Of a stretch of 64,000 bases of DNA, positions 48,961 to 59,308 are shown piece after piece; the stretch's first letter is position 1; the number at the start of each line of letters is the position of its first letter. The translations under genes and the position numbers were made by a program. This stretch comes from Polyangiales bacterium (GTDB taxonomy: Bacteria; Myxococcota_A; Polyangia; Polyangiales; Polyangiaceae): contig JBBRNJ010000034.1 in the NCBI GenBank assembly GCA_038230375.1, positions 22,174 to 86,173 of the forward strand. The letters are read 5' to 3'. The notes under the pieces were generated by a model. That model saw only the letters and a program-made list of their open reading frames with translations. It did no database searches and was not told the DNA's origin.

Positions 48961-48993
48961 TCGGCGAAGTGTGCAGAATGCATGCTTCGCCGA
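48961..48993. terminator. Hairpin/intrinsic terminator between convergent genes
   Basis: tcggcgaagtgtgca-gaa-tgcatgcttcgccga followed by ttctgcttt. Confidence 0.65.
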
Positions 48994-49024
48994 TTCTGCT
49001 TTGTGTCGCTGCCGCACGTCGACT

Positions 49025-49666
49025 TCAGACGAACAGCTTCGGGAACGCTTCGTGGGCTCCGTCCAGCACGAACTGGATCGCCATGGCCGCCAGGATGAGG
49101 CCCATCAGGCGGCCGATGATGTTGATGCCCGTGGTGCCGAGCAGCCGCGAGAAGAACGTCGCGGAGCGCAGGATCAGGAACGCCAGGGCGCTCACCCCGA
49201 GGACCGCCAGATGAACGGCCAGGCGGCCCTCCGTGTTCGGCGCGTTGCCTGCGAGCACCATCACCGCGGCGATGGCGCCAGGGCCGGAGAGCAGCGGCAG
49301 GCCGAGCGGGATGAGCCCCACGTCCTCGCGTGTCTCGGCTTCCTCCTCCTTCGTGGTTCGCGTGCCCGAGTGCTTCGCGCGCATCATCTCCATCGCCACA
49401 CCGAAGAGCAGGATGCCACCCGCGATCTTGAACGCCGGAATGGTGATGCCGAAGAACCGGAAGATGGCGCCACCCGCGGCCGCGAAGACGCTGAGCACCA
49501 GGAAGCACGTGAGCGATGCCCGGAGCGCGGTGCGCGTCTGCGCGGGCTTCGGCTCGGCGCCAGCAAGGCCCAGGAACACGGGCACGGCGGAGAACGGATC
49601 GACGATCGAGAAGACCGATCCGAACGCCACCAGCGTATCCGACAGGAGCCCAGCCACGCCCGCCAC
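49025..49666 (-). CDS. MarC family integral membrane protein
   Basis: FSIVDPF...PVF, FGITIPAFKIAGGILLF, PLGLPLLSGPGAI, RLMGLILAAMAIQF. Start approximate. Confidence 0.9.
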   Translation of the reverse strand: MAGVAGLLSDTLVAFGSVFSIVDPFSAVPVFLGLAGAEPKPAQTRTALRASLTCFLVLSVFAAAGGAIFRFFGITIPAFKIAGGILLFGVAMEMMRAKHSGTRTTKEEEAETREDVGLIPLGLPLLSGPGAIAAVMVLAGNAPNTEGRLAVHLAVLGVSALAFLILRSATFFSRLLGTTGINIIGRLMGLILAAMAIQFVLDGAHEAFPKLFV

Positions 49667-49704
49667 GCTACCCAGTTTCCGCTGTCGTGTGTAGGTTCTC
49701 CCCG

Positions 49705-51906
49705 ATGGCCGCGCCGGAGGAACAGACACTGGAAGGAGAGATCCTGCGGATCACCTTCCAGAACGACGACACCGGCTTTCGCGTGCTCAAGGTCGCCATC
49801 GACGGACGCGAAGAGAAGCTCACCGTCGTGGGCGCGTTCCCGCGCGTGAACGTGGGCTCGCGCGTGCGCGTGCGCGGCTCGTTCCACAACGACTCCAAGT
49901 TTGGCGAGCAGTTCAAGGCCGCGCAGCTGCTGGAGCTCGCGCCCGTCACGCTCGAGGGGCTCGAGAAATACCTGGGCTCTGGCGTCATCAAGGGCGTGGG
50001 CCCCACGTATGCAAAGCGCATCGTTGCGGCGTTCGGCGATGCATCGCTGCGTGTGCTGGACTCCGAGCCCGAGCGCCTGCGCGAGGTCCCCGGCCTGGGA
50101 CGCAGCCGCGTGGACGCCATCATCCGCGGCTGGAAGGAGCAGGCCGGACTGCGTGAGGCGATGGTGTTCTTGCAGGCGCATGGCGCGTCGCCCGCGCTCG
50201 CGATGCGCATCTACAAACGCTACGGCCAGAACACGATGAACCAGGTCTCGCGCGATCCGTACCGCATGACCATCGACGTGTGGGGCGTGGGCTTCAAGAC
50301 CGCCGACAAGATCGCCGCTGCCATGGGCCTTGCGAAGGACTCCGTGGAGCGCGCGCTGGCGGCGGTGCTCCAGGCCACGCGCGACGTGACGGACGCCGGG
50401 CACACCGTGATCCCGCGCGAGGACCTGGTGTCGCGCACCACCTCGCTGCTCGAGCTCGACGTGGACGCCACGCCCATCATCGATCTCGCGATCACGCGCG
50501 CGGTCCTGGAGCGCTTGCTCATCGAAGAGAGCGTGCAAGGTACACGCATCCTGTCGCCCATGCTGCTGTACATCGCCGAGCTGGGCATTGCCTCAGGCCT
50601 CGCGCGCGCGGGGCGGGAGGGAACGTCGCTCGCATCGTATGCGGCCGCGGCCGTGCGGAAATTCCAGGCGGATGTGGACATCGAGCTCACGCCCGAGCAG
50701 CGCGCTGCCGTGGACAAGGTGGCTGCGAACGCGGTCTGTGTGCTCACGGGCGGGCCTGGCGTTGGCAAGACCACGGTCGTGCGCGCGATCCTGAACATGT
50801 TCCTGGGGGCCAACCTCACCGTGCGATTGGCAGCGCCCACGGGCCGCGCGGCGAAGCGCATCACCGAGACCACTGGCATGGAGGCCATGACCCTCCACCG
50901 CCTGCTCGAGTTCGACCCCAAGACGCGCGACTGGCGACGCAACGTGGAGCGGCCGCTCGAGGCGCAGGCGTTCATCGTGGACGAGTCCTCGATGATCGAC
51001 TCGGAGATGGCCGCGGCGCTCTTCGCCGCGCTCCCTGCGCGCGCGCGCCTGGTGCTGGTGGGCGATCACGACCAGCTACCGAGCGTCGGCCCCGGCGCGG
51101 TCCTGCGCGACGTCATCGCCTCCGAAGAGGTCGCATGCGCGCGGCTCACCCTGATCCAGCGCCAGGGCGAGAAGAGCCTGATCGTGAAGAATGCGCACCG
51201 CATCCACGAAGGGCAGCCGCCGCTCCGTCCAGAGGAGGGCGGGCCACAGGACTTCTTCGTGATCGAGCGCCGCGATCCGCTTCACACGAACGAGACCATC
51301 GTGGAGCTGGTGAAGACGCGCATCCCGCGCCGCTTCGGGCTCGACCCGATCAAGGACGTGCAGGTGCTCACGCCCATGCACCGCGGCGACGCAGGCGCCA
51401 TGGCACTGAACGCCAGCCTGCAAGCGGCGCTGAACCCGACCGGCCCCAGCATCACGCGCGGCACGGTCAGCTTCCGCGTGGGCGACAAGGTGATGCAGCT
51501 CCGCAACGACTACGACCGCGACGTCTTCAACGGAGACCTGGGCCGCATCACCGCTGCCGACCTGGAGGAGCGCTCACTCACCGTGCGCTTCGACGACAAG
51601 GACGTGGTCTACGAGGAGTCCAACCTGGACGAGCTCACGCTCGCATATGCGTGCACTATACATAAGTCTCAGGGCAGCGAGTACCCCGCGGTCGTGATCC
51701 CCATGTTGACCACGCACTTCGTGATGCTCTCCCGGAACCTGCTTTACACGGCGGTCACGCGTGGCCGGAAGCTGGTGGTGCTGGTGGCGGATGCGCGCGC
51801 CATCAAGATGGCCCTGTCGGAGGACCGCAAGGACGAGCGCCGCACGCGCCTCTGCGCACGGATTCGGGACGCGGTGAGAGTTATGACCCCAGACAGCCTT
51901 CTGTGA
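49705..51906 (+). CDS. recD2: ATP-dependent RecD-like DNA helicase (RecD2)
   Basis: YLGSGVIKGVGP, GVGFKTAD, Walker A GGPGVGKTT, VDESSM, GDHDQLPSVGPG, AYACTIHKSQGSEY, LYTAVTRG. Confidence 0.93.
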   Translation: MAAPEEQTLEGEILRITFQNDDTGFRVLKVAIDGREEKLTVVGAFPRVNVGSRVRVRGSFHNDSKFGEQFKAAQLLELAPVTLEGLEKYLGSGVIKGVGPTYAKRIVAAFGDASLRVLDSEPERLREVPGLGRSRVDAIIRGWKEQAGLREAMVFLQAHGASPALAMRIYKRYGQNTMNQVSRDPYRMTIDVWGVGFKTADKIAAAMGLAKDSVERALAAVLQATRDVTDAGHTVIPREDLVSRTTSLLELDVDATPIIDLAITRAVLERLLIEESVQGTRILSPMLLYIAELGIASGLARAGREGTSLASYAAAAVRKFQADVDIELTPEQRAAVDKVAANAVCVLTGGPGVGKTTVVRAILNMFLGANLTVRLAAPTGRAAKRITETTGMEAMTLHRLLEFDPKTRDWRRNVERPLEAQAFIVDESSMIDSEMAAALFAALPARARLVLVGDHDQLPSVGPGAVLRDVIASEEVACARLTLIQRQGEKSLIVKNAHRIHEGQPPLRPEEGGPQDFFVIERRDPLHTNETIVELVKTRIPRRFGLDPIKDVQVLTPMHRGDAGAMALNASLQAALNPTGPSITRGTVSFRVGDKVMQLRNDYDRDVFNGDLGRITAADLEERSLTVRFDDKDVVYEESNLDELTLAYACTIHKSQGSEYPAVVIPMLTTHFVMLSRNLLYTAVTRGRKLVVLVADARAIKMALSEDRKDERRTRLCARIRDAVRVMTPDSLL

Positions 51907-51920
51907 TTTAGGATGGTCAC

Positions 51921-52448
51921 ATGGTGAAGAGGCTCGTGGTCGGGCTGTCGATCGGACTGGTCACCGGGATCGTCCTTGCGGTAGCGCTCGTCCAGGGTCT
52001 GAACGTGAGCTTCATGACCGCTGGCGGCGCTGTGCTCGCGTATCTCGCAGCCGCGGCCTCGGGCGGCATCGTCGGCCTTGTCACTGGCAAGCCGATCTGG
52101 GCCTCCGAGGGGAAGATCGAGAGCATCTTGAAGGCGGCTGTCGGCGCGGTGCTCGCGCTGGGCGGCATGTGGCTCTTGCGCAGGTTCGGAACCATGCCGC
52201 TCGATCTCACGGCGCTCAAGGCAGGCATCGGCCCGATCGGGGAGCTCCCGTTCACCTCGCTCCCCATCATCACGGGCGTGCTCGGCGCGTTCTACGAGAT
52301 AGACAACACCCCGGCCGACAAGGACGACGAGTCAAAGGGCGAGAAGGGCGGCGGCAAGGTCCGCGTCGCAGACAAGGCCGCCGCATCCGAAGAGGCTGAG
52401 GAAGAGGAAGAAGAAGAGGAAGCGCCGAAGGCGAAGAAGAAGCGCTGA
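51921..52448 (+). CDS. Hypothetical membrane protein with charged C-terminal tail
   Basis: Three to four hydrophobic helices and typical codon usage. Confidence 0.75.
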   Translation: MVKRLVVGLSIGLVTGIVLAVALVQGLNVSFMTAGGAVLAYLAAAASGGIVGLVTGKPIWASEGKIESILKAAVGAVLALGGMWLLRRFGTMPLDLTALKAGIGPIGELPFTSLPIITGVLGAFYEIDNTPADKDDESKGEKGGGKVRVADKAAASEEAEEEEEEEEAPKAKKKR

Positions 52449-52454
52449 CACCAC

Positions 52455-52490
52455 AAAAGCAGCGCGCCGGACGTGAGTCACGCCCGGCGC
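52455..52490 (-). terminator. Probable intrinsic terminator
   Basis: Imperfect stem gcgccggacgtga / tcacgcccggcgc with AAAA on the left (U-tract on the - strand). Confidence 0.55.
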
Positions 52491-52522
52491 ACATGTGATG
52501 GAGGCACGTGCCTCCCGTTGGA

Positions 52523-53074
52523 TTACATCTTCACTGCAGTGCCAACCGTGGTGCACTCGGCTTGCGCCGCGCCGCCGTCGTCAAGGACCGTCTTGCTGGT
52601 GGTGGTGAGCGTGAAGCCCGTGCCGTCAGCGTTGATCTTGTCCTCGATGTGGATCGTGGTCTTGTAGCCGGACTGGTCACTGGTGCAGTCGATGGTGATC
52701 GTGCAGTTGTCGCTGCTGGTCATGGTCATGCAACCCGAGGCGCCCGCGCTGGCGTCCTTGGTCGAGTCGACGGTGACCGTGCTTGTGCTGTCCTTGCAGG
52801 ACGTCTCGAACGGGCTCGACGCGTCAACGTCAGGGCCGACCGTGGCCTTCGTGGTCAAAGTGTAGTCGCCGTCAGCAAGCTTGCAGTTGCCGCCGCCGCC
52901 GCCGCCGCCGTCGGTGTCGCCGCCGCCGCCGCCGCCGTCGGTGTCACCGCTGCCGCCGCCATCCTTGGCGGGGGTGATGTTGTTGGTGGTCGTGCTCGAG
53001 CTTGAACAGGCGACGACACCGATACCAACAGCCGAGAACGCAGCAAGACCAAGAATGATAGTTCGAAGGTTCAT
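52523..53074 (-). CDS. Hypothetical lipoprotein with Gly-rich linker and six-Cys domain
   Basis: Lipobox VVAC, AAGGA RBS, AT-richer upstream region. Confidence 0.8.
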   Translation of the reverse strand: MNLRTIILGLAAFSAVGIGVVACSSSSTTTNNITPAKDGGGSGDTDGGGGGGDTDGGGGGGGNCKLADGDYTLTTKATVGPDVDASSPFETSCKDSTSTVTVDSTKDASAGASGCMTMTSSDNCTITIDCTSDQSGYKTTIHIEDKINADGTGFTLTTTSKTVLDDGGAAQAECTTVGTAVKM

Positions 53075-53323
53075 TTGATTAATTTATCCTTTGAGAGTTG
53101 AGACAAGGAGCACCAGAAGCGTAGCGCGTTCGGGTGCAGGTCACTAATTTGAGGCTGATTGGCTGGCTGCACAAGCGTGACACCAACGTCATGCCCCTGA
53201 TCGCCAGCATTCCCCGTGATGTTACGGCGTGTGAGGCGTTTTGGTGGCCGGTTCCGCCAGTTTCCACCTCTACGCGGATTCAACCCAGGAGCTTCCTCGC
53301 GCCCAGATTTGTTTCGAATGTGC

Positions 53324-54670
53324 TCAGGGGCACGTTCGCGGTGTGAGGACGAGGGGCGGTGTGGGCGTCTGCTTGAAGTCGAAGGCCTCTAGTAGGCTCC
53401 CCGCCTTTGCATCACGCGCACGCGGCTCCCGCGCCGCCATCCGCGGCATTCCCCAGAGATCTTCGACGAGCCGCGGGATGGACGCGTGCTCGCTTGGTGT
53501 ATGAACGACCGCCTTCTTGGCGTACGGCGAGATGAGAATGATCGGTAGACGGAACCCGCCGTTGAACGATGCACCGTTCGGGCATTTCTCCCGTGGTGGC
53601 AGCATGTGGTCGAAGTTGCCGCCCCAGTCATCCCACGTGACGATGATGATCGTGTCCTTCCACAGCGGCGACTGCATGATCTTGTTCACCGCCGTCACCG
53701 TGTAGTTCTCCCCCGCGCACGGCGCGTCCGGTGGTCCCTCCGAGATGGGCGAGGAGCCGACGAATGCGTAGACCAGGTTTGCCTGCTCTGACGTGCCCAT
53801 GTCCGCGGTGAACTGATCAAGGTCGCGCACGTGCGTCGCCTGCGCCGCCGCGTTCGTTCCGAACGACTTGATCGCGTTGAAGGTGCTCTCCGACGTTGGC
53901 CCTTTGCCCATACCGTAAGACATCCATGTGTAGCCATTGGGCAGCGCATCCGCGATGTGCGGAATGTCGAAGCACGGGTACGTGGTGCTGGTCGCGCAGG
54001 TCGTGGGGTCGAAGATGGGAATGGTCGCGCCCTTCGGGGCGAGGCAGCCGCAGGTGATCGAGTCGAGGCAGCCGTCGGGGTTCTCATACGCGGGGCTCCA
54101 TCCCGCGATGATCGCCAGGTGGCCAGGCGTGCTGTCCGTGTTCACCGTGGAGAAGAAGTGATCCGAGATGGCGAAGTTGCGTGCGTACTGCCAGTAGTTC
54201 GGGAGCTGCGCCTCCGTGTAGGCCCAGAACGCGCGATCGTCGCCGCCCGCGCACGTGTACTGGCCGATGTCGAAGCGATCCATCTTGCCCTTGTCGTAGG
54301 CCTCGACCGCGTGCGTGTACGAGTGCTCCAGCAAGCACGTGGTGGACACGTCGGAGCCAGGGCCCCGCGTGATCGTCTTGCCCGTGCTGTCCATGGCCGT
54401 GGTGACCGTGTCCGCGCCGGGGAAGCCGGTGAAGTAGTTCTCGAACGTGCGGTTCTCTTTCAGGATGACGACGATGTGCTTGATGTCGTTCGGCACCACG
54501 GGCCCCAGAGGCCCAGTGTCGGGGCCGGTGTCAGGCGCGGTGGCCGCGTCCGGGGTGTCGACAGAGGCGTCCGCGTCGGGCGTCACGTCGGAGTGCTTCG
54601 TTCCGCATGCAAGAAAGAGCGTGGCGAGCGAGGTCGTGACGAGCAAGATCGAGAGCGCAGATCGCCGCAT
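53324..54670 (-). CDS. Phosphoesterase / phospholipase C (AcpA/PlcN-like) lipoprotein
   Basis: Lipobox FLAC. IKHIVVILKENRTF, SDHFFS, TWDDWGG.FDH, GFRLP...ISPYAK, EHASI. Confidence 0.88.
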   Translation of the reverse strand: MRRSALSILLVTTSLATLFLACGTKHSDVTPDADASVDTPDAATAPDTGPDTGPLGPVVPNDIKHIVVILKENRTFENYFTGFPGADTVTTAMDSTGKTITRGPGSDVSTTCLLEHSYTHAVEAYDKGKMDRFDIGQYTCAGGDDRAFWAYTEAQLPNYWQYARNFAISDHFFSTVNTDSTPGHLAIIAGWSPAYENPDGCLDSITCGCLAPKGATIPIFDPTTCATSTTYPCFDIPHIADALPNGYTWMSYGMGKGPTSESTFNAIKSFGTNAAAQATHVRDLDQFTADMGTSEQANLVYAFVGSSPISEGPPDAPCAGENYTVTAVNKIMQSPLWKDTIIIVTWDDWGGNFDHMLPPREKCPNGASFNGGFRLPIILISPYAKKAVVHTPSEHASIPRLVEDLWGMPRMAAREPRARDAKAGSLLEAFDFKQTPTPPLVLTPRTCP

Positions 54671-54702
54671 GACATCAACGCTATCGCACCGCCGGGATGC
54701 TG

Positions 54703-56172
54703 TCACAGCTCCGAGCTGGGCAGCGTGATGCGGAAGCGCGCGCCTTGCGTGTAAGACGCGTCGAGCGCGATCTCGCCGCCCACGGCCTCGACAAGACCTC
54801 TGCACACGGAGAGCCCAAGGCCCGTGCCCTCGCCCACGTCCTTGGTGGTGAAGAACGGCTCGAAGATCTGCGGGCGCGCGTGCTCGGGCACACCCGTTCC
54901 GTTGTCCTCCACCGTGAGCACGGCCACGCTGCCTTCCTTCTTTGCGCGCAGGACGATCAAGGGCTCCTTCACGTTCGCGAGCGCGTGCGACGCGTTGAGG
55001 AGCAGGTTCAACAGCACCTGCTGCAGCCGCGCCTCAGGCAGCGTCACCATGAGCGCGGGCGTGACGTCCGTCTCCACCGTGATCTGCTTCCACGACTTCT
55101 GCGCGGAGACCAGCGCAAGCACGTCCTTCACGACACGGTCCACCGTGGACACCGCCATGCGCAGGCTGGTGCTCGAGTCCGCGGATTTCTCGGGCCGCGC
55201 GAAGTCGAGCAGGTCCTTCACGATGCCAGAGATGCGCTCCGTCTCGCGCTGCGTCCGCGACAGGAGATCCCGCTTGTCCTCCTCCGAGATGTCCGGATCC
55301 TTCACCAGGTCCAGCATGCCGAGGATGGCGGCGATGGGATTCCCGATCTCGTGGGCCACGCCCGCTGCGAGCTTGCCGACACCTGCGAGGCGCTCGCTCT
55401 TCACCAGCTGCGCCTGCGTTTCTGTGAGGCGTTTGGTGGTCTGCGTGAGCTCGTCCACCTTGGCGCGCAGGCTCTTCTCGCTGGCCACGAGCGTGTCCGC
55501 CATGGTCCGCACCGAGACCCCTAGCTCCGCGATCTCGCGCGGACCGCGCGCCGCCGAACGGAACGTGCGGGCGCCGGATGCGACTCGCTCAGCCTCGCGC
55601 GAGAGCTCGTCGATGGGACGCACGATGAGCCGCGTGAGCGCGAGGTACGCGAACGCCAGCAGCACCGCGCCGAAAAGAAATATGTATAATGCAATCAATC
55701 GGAGCAGGGGCGTGACGCGCACCTCCACGTCCGACGGGCGGAATCTCACGTGGAGCCGCGTTCGCCCGGCCTCGTCCGTGAAGTCCGTGAGCGCCACGCG
55801 GCTGCTCTTTGCGCCAGCGTCATCCTTGTGCGCCTCGGCCCATTCGTCGGGCAGGTCGGGCGTGGCGGCGAGCAGTACGTGCGTGTCCTTGTCGGTGACG
55901 GCGATCGCCATGACCGAGGGCGCGCGTGCCTGATCTGCAACCGCGATGGTGATGGCACCTGGGCCAGTTGAACCAGAGGTGCGTGCATCGTCGAAGGCGA
56001 TCGTCATGGTCCGCGCACGCTGCGCCATCTCGTCGTTCATCACGCCCAGGGCCGTTGCGCGAGATAGCCCGGCCACCGCGAAGAACAGCGGCAGGAACGC
56101 GAGCACGAGGAGCGTGCCGAGGCTCGCGATGATCTGGAGTCTCAGGGATGGTGCGGACGGAGCTAGTGCCAC
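54703..56172 (-). CDS. Membrane HAMP-domain sensor histidine kinase
   Basis: Two TM helices, HAMP, AHEIGNP, NLLLNA, DNGTG, FEPFFTTK, GTGLGL. Confidence 0.92.
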   Translation of the reverse strand: MALAPSAPSLRLQIIASLGTLLVLAFLPLFFAVAGLSRATALGVMNDEMAQRARTMTIAFDDARTSGSTGPGAITIAVADQARAPSVMAIAVTDKDTHVLLAATPDLPDEWAEAHKDDAGAKSSRVALTDFTDEAGRTRLHVRFRPSDVEVRVTPLLRLIALYIFLFGAVLLAFAYLALTRLIVRPIDELSREAERVASGARTFRSAARGPREIAELGVSVRTMADTLVASEKSLRAKVDELTQTTKRLTETQAQLVKSERLAGVGKLAAGVAHEIGNPIAAILGMLDLVKDPDISEEDKRDLLSRTQRETERISGIVKDLLDFARPEKSADSSTSLRMAVSTVDRVVKDVLALVSAQKSWKQITVETDVTPALMVTLPEARLQQVLLNLLLNASHALANVKEPLIVLRAKKEGSVAVLTVEDNGTGVPEHARPQIFEPFFTTKDVGEGTGLGLSVCRGLVEAVGGEIALDASYTQGARFRITLPSSEL

Positions 56173-56226
56173 GGTCTCGGGCCGATCTTACCGACAAAGG
56201 CGGAAAACGCGGCTACCATCCCGCGC

Positions 56227-56481
56227 ATGTCGAACGTTGCCATCACGGTGGACTTTCGGGGCAAGAAGGTGGCCCTGGACAAGGTGACGGACCCCAGGAT
56301 CAAGTCCGCGCTCACCCAGATGGCCAAGGACGTGGGGGAGAAGCTCGCGACGGCGAAGTGCCCCGAGCACGACCAGGCCCCGAGCGAGATCCGGCTCCAT
56401 CTCACGGCATCGGGCGACGCGGATCTGCAGTATCACTCGTGCTGCGAGAAGCTGCGCGACGTTGTCGCGAAGGCGTTGTAG
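56227..56481 (+). CDS. Small hypothetical protein with CPEH...CC putative metal site
   Basis: High-GC3 frame directly upstream of the oxidoreductase gene. Confidence 0.65.
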   Translation: MSNVAITVDFRGKKVALDKVTDPRIKSALTQMAKDVGEKLATAKCPEHDQAPSEIRLHLTASGDADLQYHSCCEKLRDVVAKAL

Positions 56482-56498
56482 GCGGAAGGAACATCAAG

Positions 56499-57143
56499 AT
56501 GAGCAAGGTCGCTGTACTGGGTTCGGGTCAGGTCGGGCAGGTGCTCGCAGATGGCTTCTTGAAGCACGGACACGACGTGATGCGCGGGAGCCGCGACGCG
56601 TCCAAGCTCGCCGCATGGAAGGAAGCCGCGGGCCCGAAGGCACAGGCCGGCACGTTCGCGGAGGCCGCGAAGTGGGGTGAGAGCATCGTGCTCGCCGTGA
56701 AGGGCGGCGCAGCGGAGTCGGCAGTCGAGCTGTGCGGGCTCGCGAACCTGGCGGGCAAGACCGTGATGGACGCGACCAACCCCATCGCTGATGCACCGCC
56801 GGTGAACGGCGTCATCAAGTTCACCACCGACCTGAACGAGTCGCTGATGGAGAAGCTCCAGAAGAAGGCTCCCGAGGCGCACTTCGTGAAGGTGTTCTCG
56901 TGCGTGGGCAACGCGCTCATGGTCAACCCGAAGCTCCCGGGCGGCCCGCCCACGATGTTCATCTGCGGCAACGACAAGGGCGCCAAGGATGAAGTGAAGA
57001 AGGTGCTCGAGCAGTTCGGCTGGGAGACGTCGGACATGGGCGCTGTCGAGGCCGCGCGCGCGATCGAGCCGCTTTGCATGCTCTGGTGCATTCCCGGTCT
57101 CACCGGCAATGGCTGGATGCACGCCTTCAAGCTGCTGAAGTAG
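56499..57143 (+). CDS. NADPH-dependent F420 reductase-like NAD(P)-binding oxidoreductase
   Basis: Rossmann GSGQVG, GSRD, LAVKG, DATNPI, ARAIEP. GAAGGA RBS before ATG 56499. Confidence 0.85.
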   Translation: MSKVAVLGSGQVGQVLADGFLKHGHDVMRGSRDASKLAAWKEAAGPKAQAGTFAEAAKWGESIVLAVKGGAAESAVELCGLANLAGKTVMDATNPIADAPPVNGVIKFTTDLNESLMEKLQKKAPEAHFVKVFSCVGNALMVNPKLPGGPPTMFICGNDKGAKDEVKKVLEQFGWETSDMGAVEAARAIEPLCMLWCIPGLTGNGWMHAFKLLK

Positions 57144-57179
57144 CGTCAGCCGCGCCGCTCACATCCTCTTCTCCAAGAC

Positions 57180-59054
57180 TCAGGAGAACAGGCCGGCGAC
57201 GTTGTACGTCACGACCGCGGCGACGTACGCGAGCGCGTAGGTGTACGCGAGCACGAACGCCGGCCAGCGCCAGCTCTTCGTCTCCCTCTTGATCGCTGCC
57301 ACGGTGCTCATGCACTGGCAGGCGATCACGAAGAAGGCAAGGAGCGCCAGGGCATTGCGTGTACCATACACGTTTGTGCCGTCGGGATTCTTTGCGTCGC
57401 GCATGCGCTGGGCGAGCGGGCCCGGATTGTCCTCGGCCTTCTCGAGCCCGAAGATCACGCCCATCGTGCCCACCATCACCTCGCGCGCGCCGAAGCTCCC
57501 GATGAGCCCGACGTCGATGCGCCAGTCGAAGCCGGCGGGCTGGGTGATCGGCTCGATCGCGCGGCCGACGTGCGCAGCGATGCTCTTCTCCATGGGCGTC
57601 GCCGTTACCACGTCGTGTCCACCCGGCATGGGCACGGTGAGGAGAACCCAGAGCACGGCGGAGACCGCGAGGATGGTGGTGCCCACGTCGCGAAGAAAGC
57701 GCGTGGCCGCCTTCTTTGCCTTGGAGAGCACGAGCCGCGGTTGGGGGATGCGATAGGCGGGCATCTCCAGGACCAGCGGCAGTGACCTCCCGCGCGTGGC
57801 CGTCCGGCGAAGCACCAGCGACGCGACCAGGCCCATGAGCACGCCTGCGAAGTAGAGGAACACGAAGATGGATGCACGGAAGAGCGCGCTCTTGTGACCG
57901 AAGAACGCGGCGAGCACCAGCCCATAGGTGGGAATGCGCGCGGAGCACGTCATCAGGGGCAGGACCAGGATGGTGGTGAGCCGCTCCTTTGGATCGCGGA
58001 TGACGCGCGTGGAGGCAATGGCGGGCACCGCGCATGCGTGCGCCATCAGCAGCGGCAAGAACGACCGCCCGGACAGTCCGAGCAACCGCAGCAGGCGATC
58101 CACGAGGAATGCGCCACGCGCCAGGTAGCCGCTCGCCTCCAGCACCTCCATCGCGATCGTGAGGATCACGATCTGCGGCATGAACGCGAGCACGGTGCCC
58201 GCGCCGCCAAGAAGCCCATCGGCGAAGAAGGACGCAACAAGGCCGTGGCCCGTGTGCTGCACGATGAAGCCGCGCGCCTTCTCCAGCACGAAATCCATCG
58301 CGGCGGTCGCTGGGTCCGCGACCAGGAAGACTGCCGCGAAGGTGAGCGCCATGATCGACAGGAACACGAACGGTCCGATCGCCGGGTGCAAGAGCACGGC
58401 ATCCGCGCGTGACGTCCACGTGCGGCGCCGCTCGGCGTCGCGAACGTCTGCGCGAACGGAGGTCACCTTCTTGGCGAGCGCCGTCATCGCCATCTCCGGC
58501 TTCTTGCTTGGCGAGATCGCTTCCTTCGCGAGCGCTTCGAGCACGACGCCGCGCGTCCGGGCCTCGCGCGCGCTGACGTAGAGCACCGGCACGCCGAGCT
58601 CCTTCTCCAGCGCCGCCGCATCCAGCGCGATGCCGTGGGAATCCGCGACGTCCTTCTGCGTGATGACGACCACGAGCGGCACGCCCAGGCCGATGAGCTC
58701 CTCGGTCATGCGGAGGCTCATGGAGAGCTGCGTCGCATCGACGACCTGGACGATCTCGACGACCTGTCCCCGCTTCTTGGCGTCATCCACGAACTTGCGA
58801 GCGACGCCCTCGTCCGTGTCCTTGTCCACCACCGAGGTGAGCGAATACAGGCCCGGCAGGTCCGCGATGGTGACCTTCGAACCGGACGGCAGCGTGACCT
58901 CTGCCTCCATCACGTCCACCGTGATGCCTGGGTAATTGCCCACGTGCGCGTCACCAAGGGTGAGCACGTTGTAGAGCGAAGACTTTCCCGCGTTCGGTCT
59001 GCCGACCAGCGCGACGACGCGCTTGTGGTCCGCTCCGACGGCGTGGGCCGTCAT
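57180..59054 (-). CDS. feoB: Ferrous iron transport protein B
   Basis: G1 GRPNAGKS, VGNYPGITV, DLPGLYS, ACAVPA, MTCSARIP, GAREVMVGT. Confidence 0.95.
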   Translation of the reverse strand: MTAHAVGADHKRVVALVGRPNAGKSSLYNVLTLGDAHVGNYPGITVDVMEAEVTLPSGSKVTIADLPGLYSLTSVVDKDTDEGVARKFVDDAKKRGQVVEIVQVVDATQLSMSLRMTEELIGLGVPLVVVITQKDVADSHGIALDAAALEKELGVPVLYVSAREARTRGVVLEALAKEAISPSKKPEMAMTALAKKVTSVRADVRDAERRRTWTSRADAVLLHPAIGPFVFLSIMALTFAAVFLVADPATAAMDFVLEKARGFIVQHTGHGLVASFFADGLLGGAGTVLAFMPQIVILTIAMEVLEASGYLARGAFLVDRLLRLLGLSGRSFLPLLMAHACAVPAIASTRVIRDPKERLTTILVLPLMTCSARIPTYGLVLAAFFGHKSALFRASIFVFLYFAGVLMGLVASLVLRRTATRGRSLPLVLEMPAYRIPQPRLVLSKAKKAATRFLRDVGTTILAVSAVLWVLLTVPMPGGHDVVTATPMEKSIAAHVGRAIEPITQPAGFDWRIDVGLIGSFGAREVMVGTMGVIFGLEKAEDNPGPLAQRMRDAKNPDGTNVYGTRNALALLAFFVIACQCMSTVAAIKRETKSWRWPAFVLAYTYALAYVAAVVTYNVAGLFS

Positions 59055-59308
59055 ACATCCTCGATGGTGATGCGCGTGGCGAGGTCGCGCGCGACAGCGA
59101 GCTCACCGCCGCGTGCCAGTCGCAGGTGCAGCGGGCCGCCCAGGATCGCCCTGCGAAGCAGTGTCACGTCTTCGCCCGGCGAAAGGCCCACGGCCGCGAG
59201 CCACGCAGCGGTCTCCGCGGGCAGCTCCACTTCGCGGATGCGCACGGTCTCGCCAGGCGCGACGTCCGCAAGCAGCCGCGTACGCGCGCGCTGGTCAGAC
59301 GCGGCCAC
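59051..59308 (-). CDS. feoA: Ferrous iron transport protein A
   Basis: LAAVGLSPG...A.LGGP pattern. ATGA overlap with feoB. Confidence 0.88.
   Translation of the reverse strand: MAASDQRARTRLLADVAPGETVRIREVELPAETAAWLAAVGLSPGEDVTLLRRAILGGPLHLRLARGGELAVARDLATRITIEDV

Noticed and set aside
49705..51906. RecD2 and neighbours as an anti-phage defence system
   Set aside because: It is a standard stand-alone RecD2 flanked by MarC and a membrane protein, with no nuclease or other defence partner.
53165..53190. Sigma-54 promoter for the 52523-53074 lipoprotein gene
   Set aside because: The - strand reads GG-N10-GT, lacking the conserved -12 GC.
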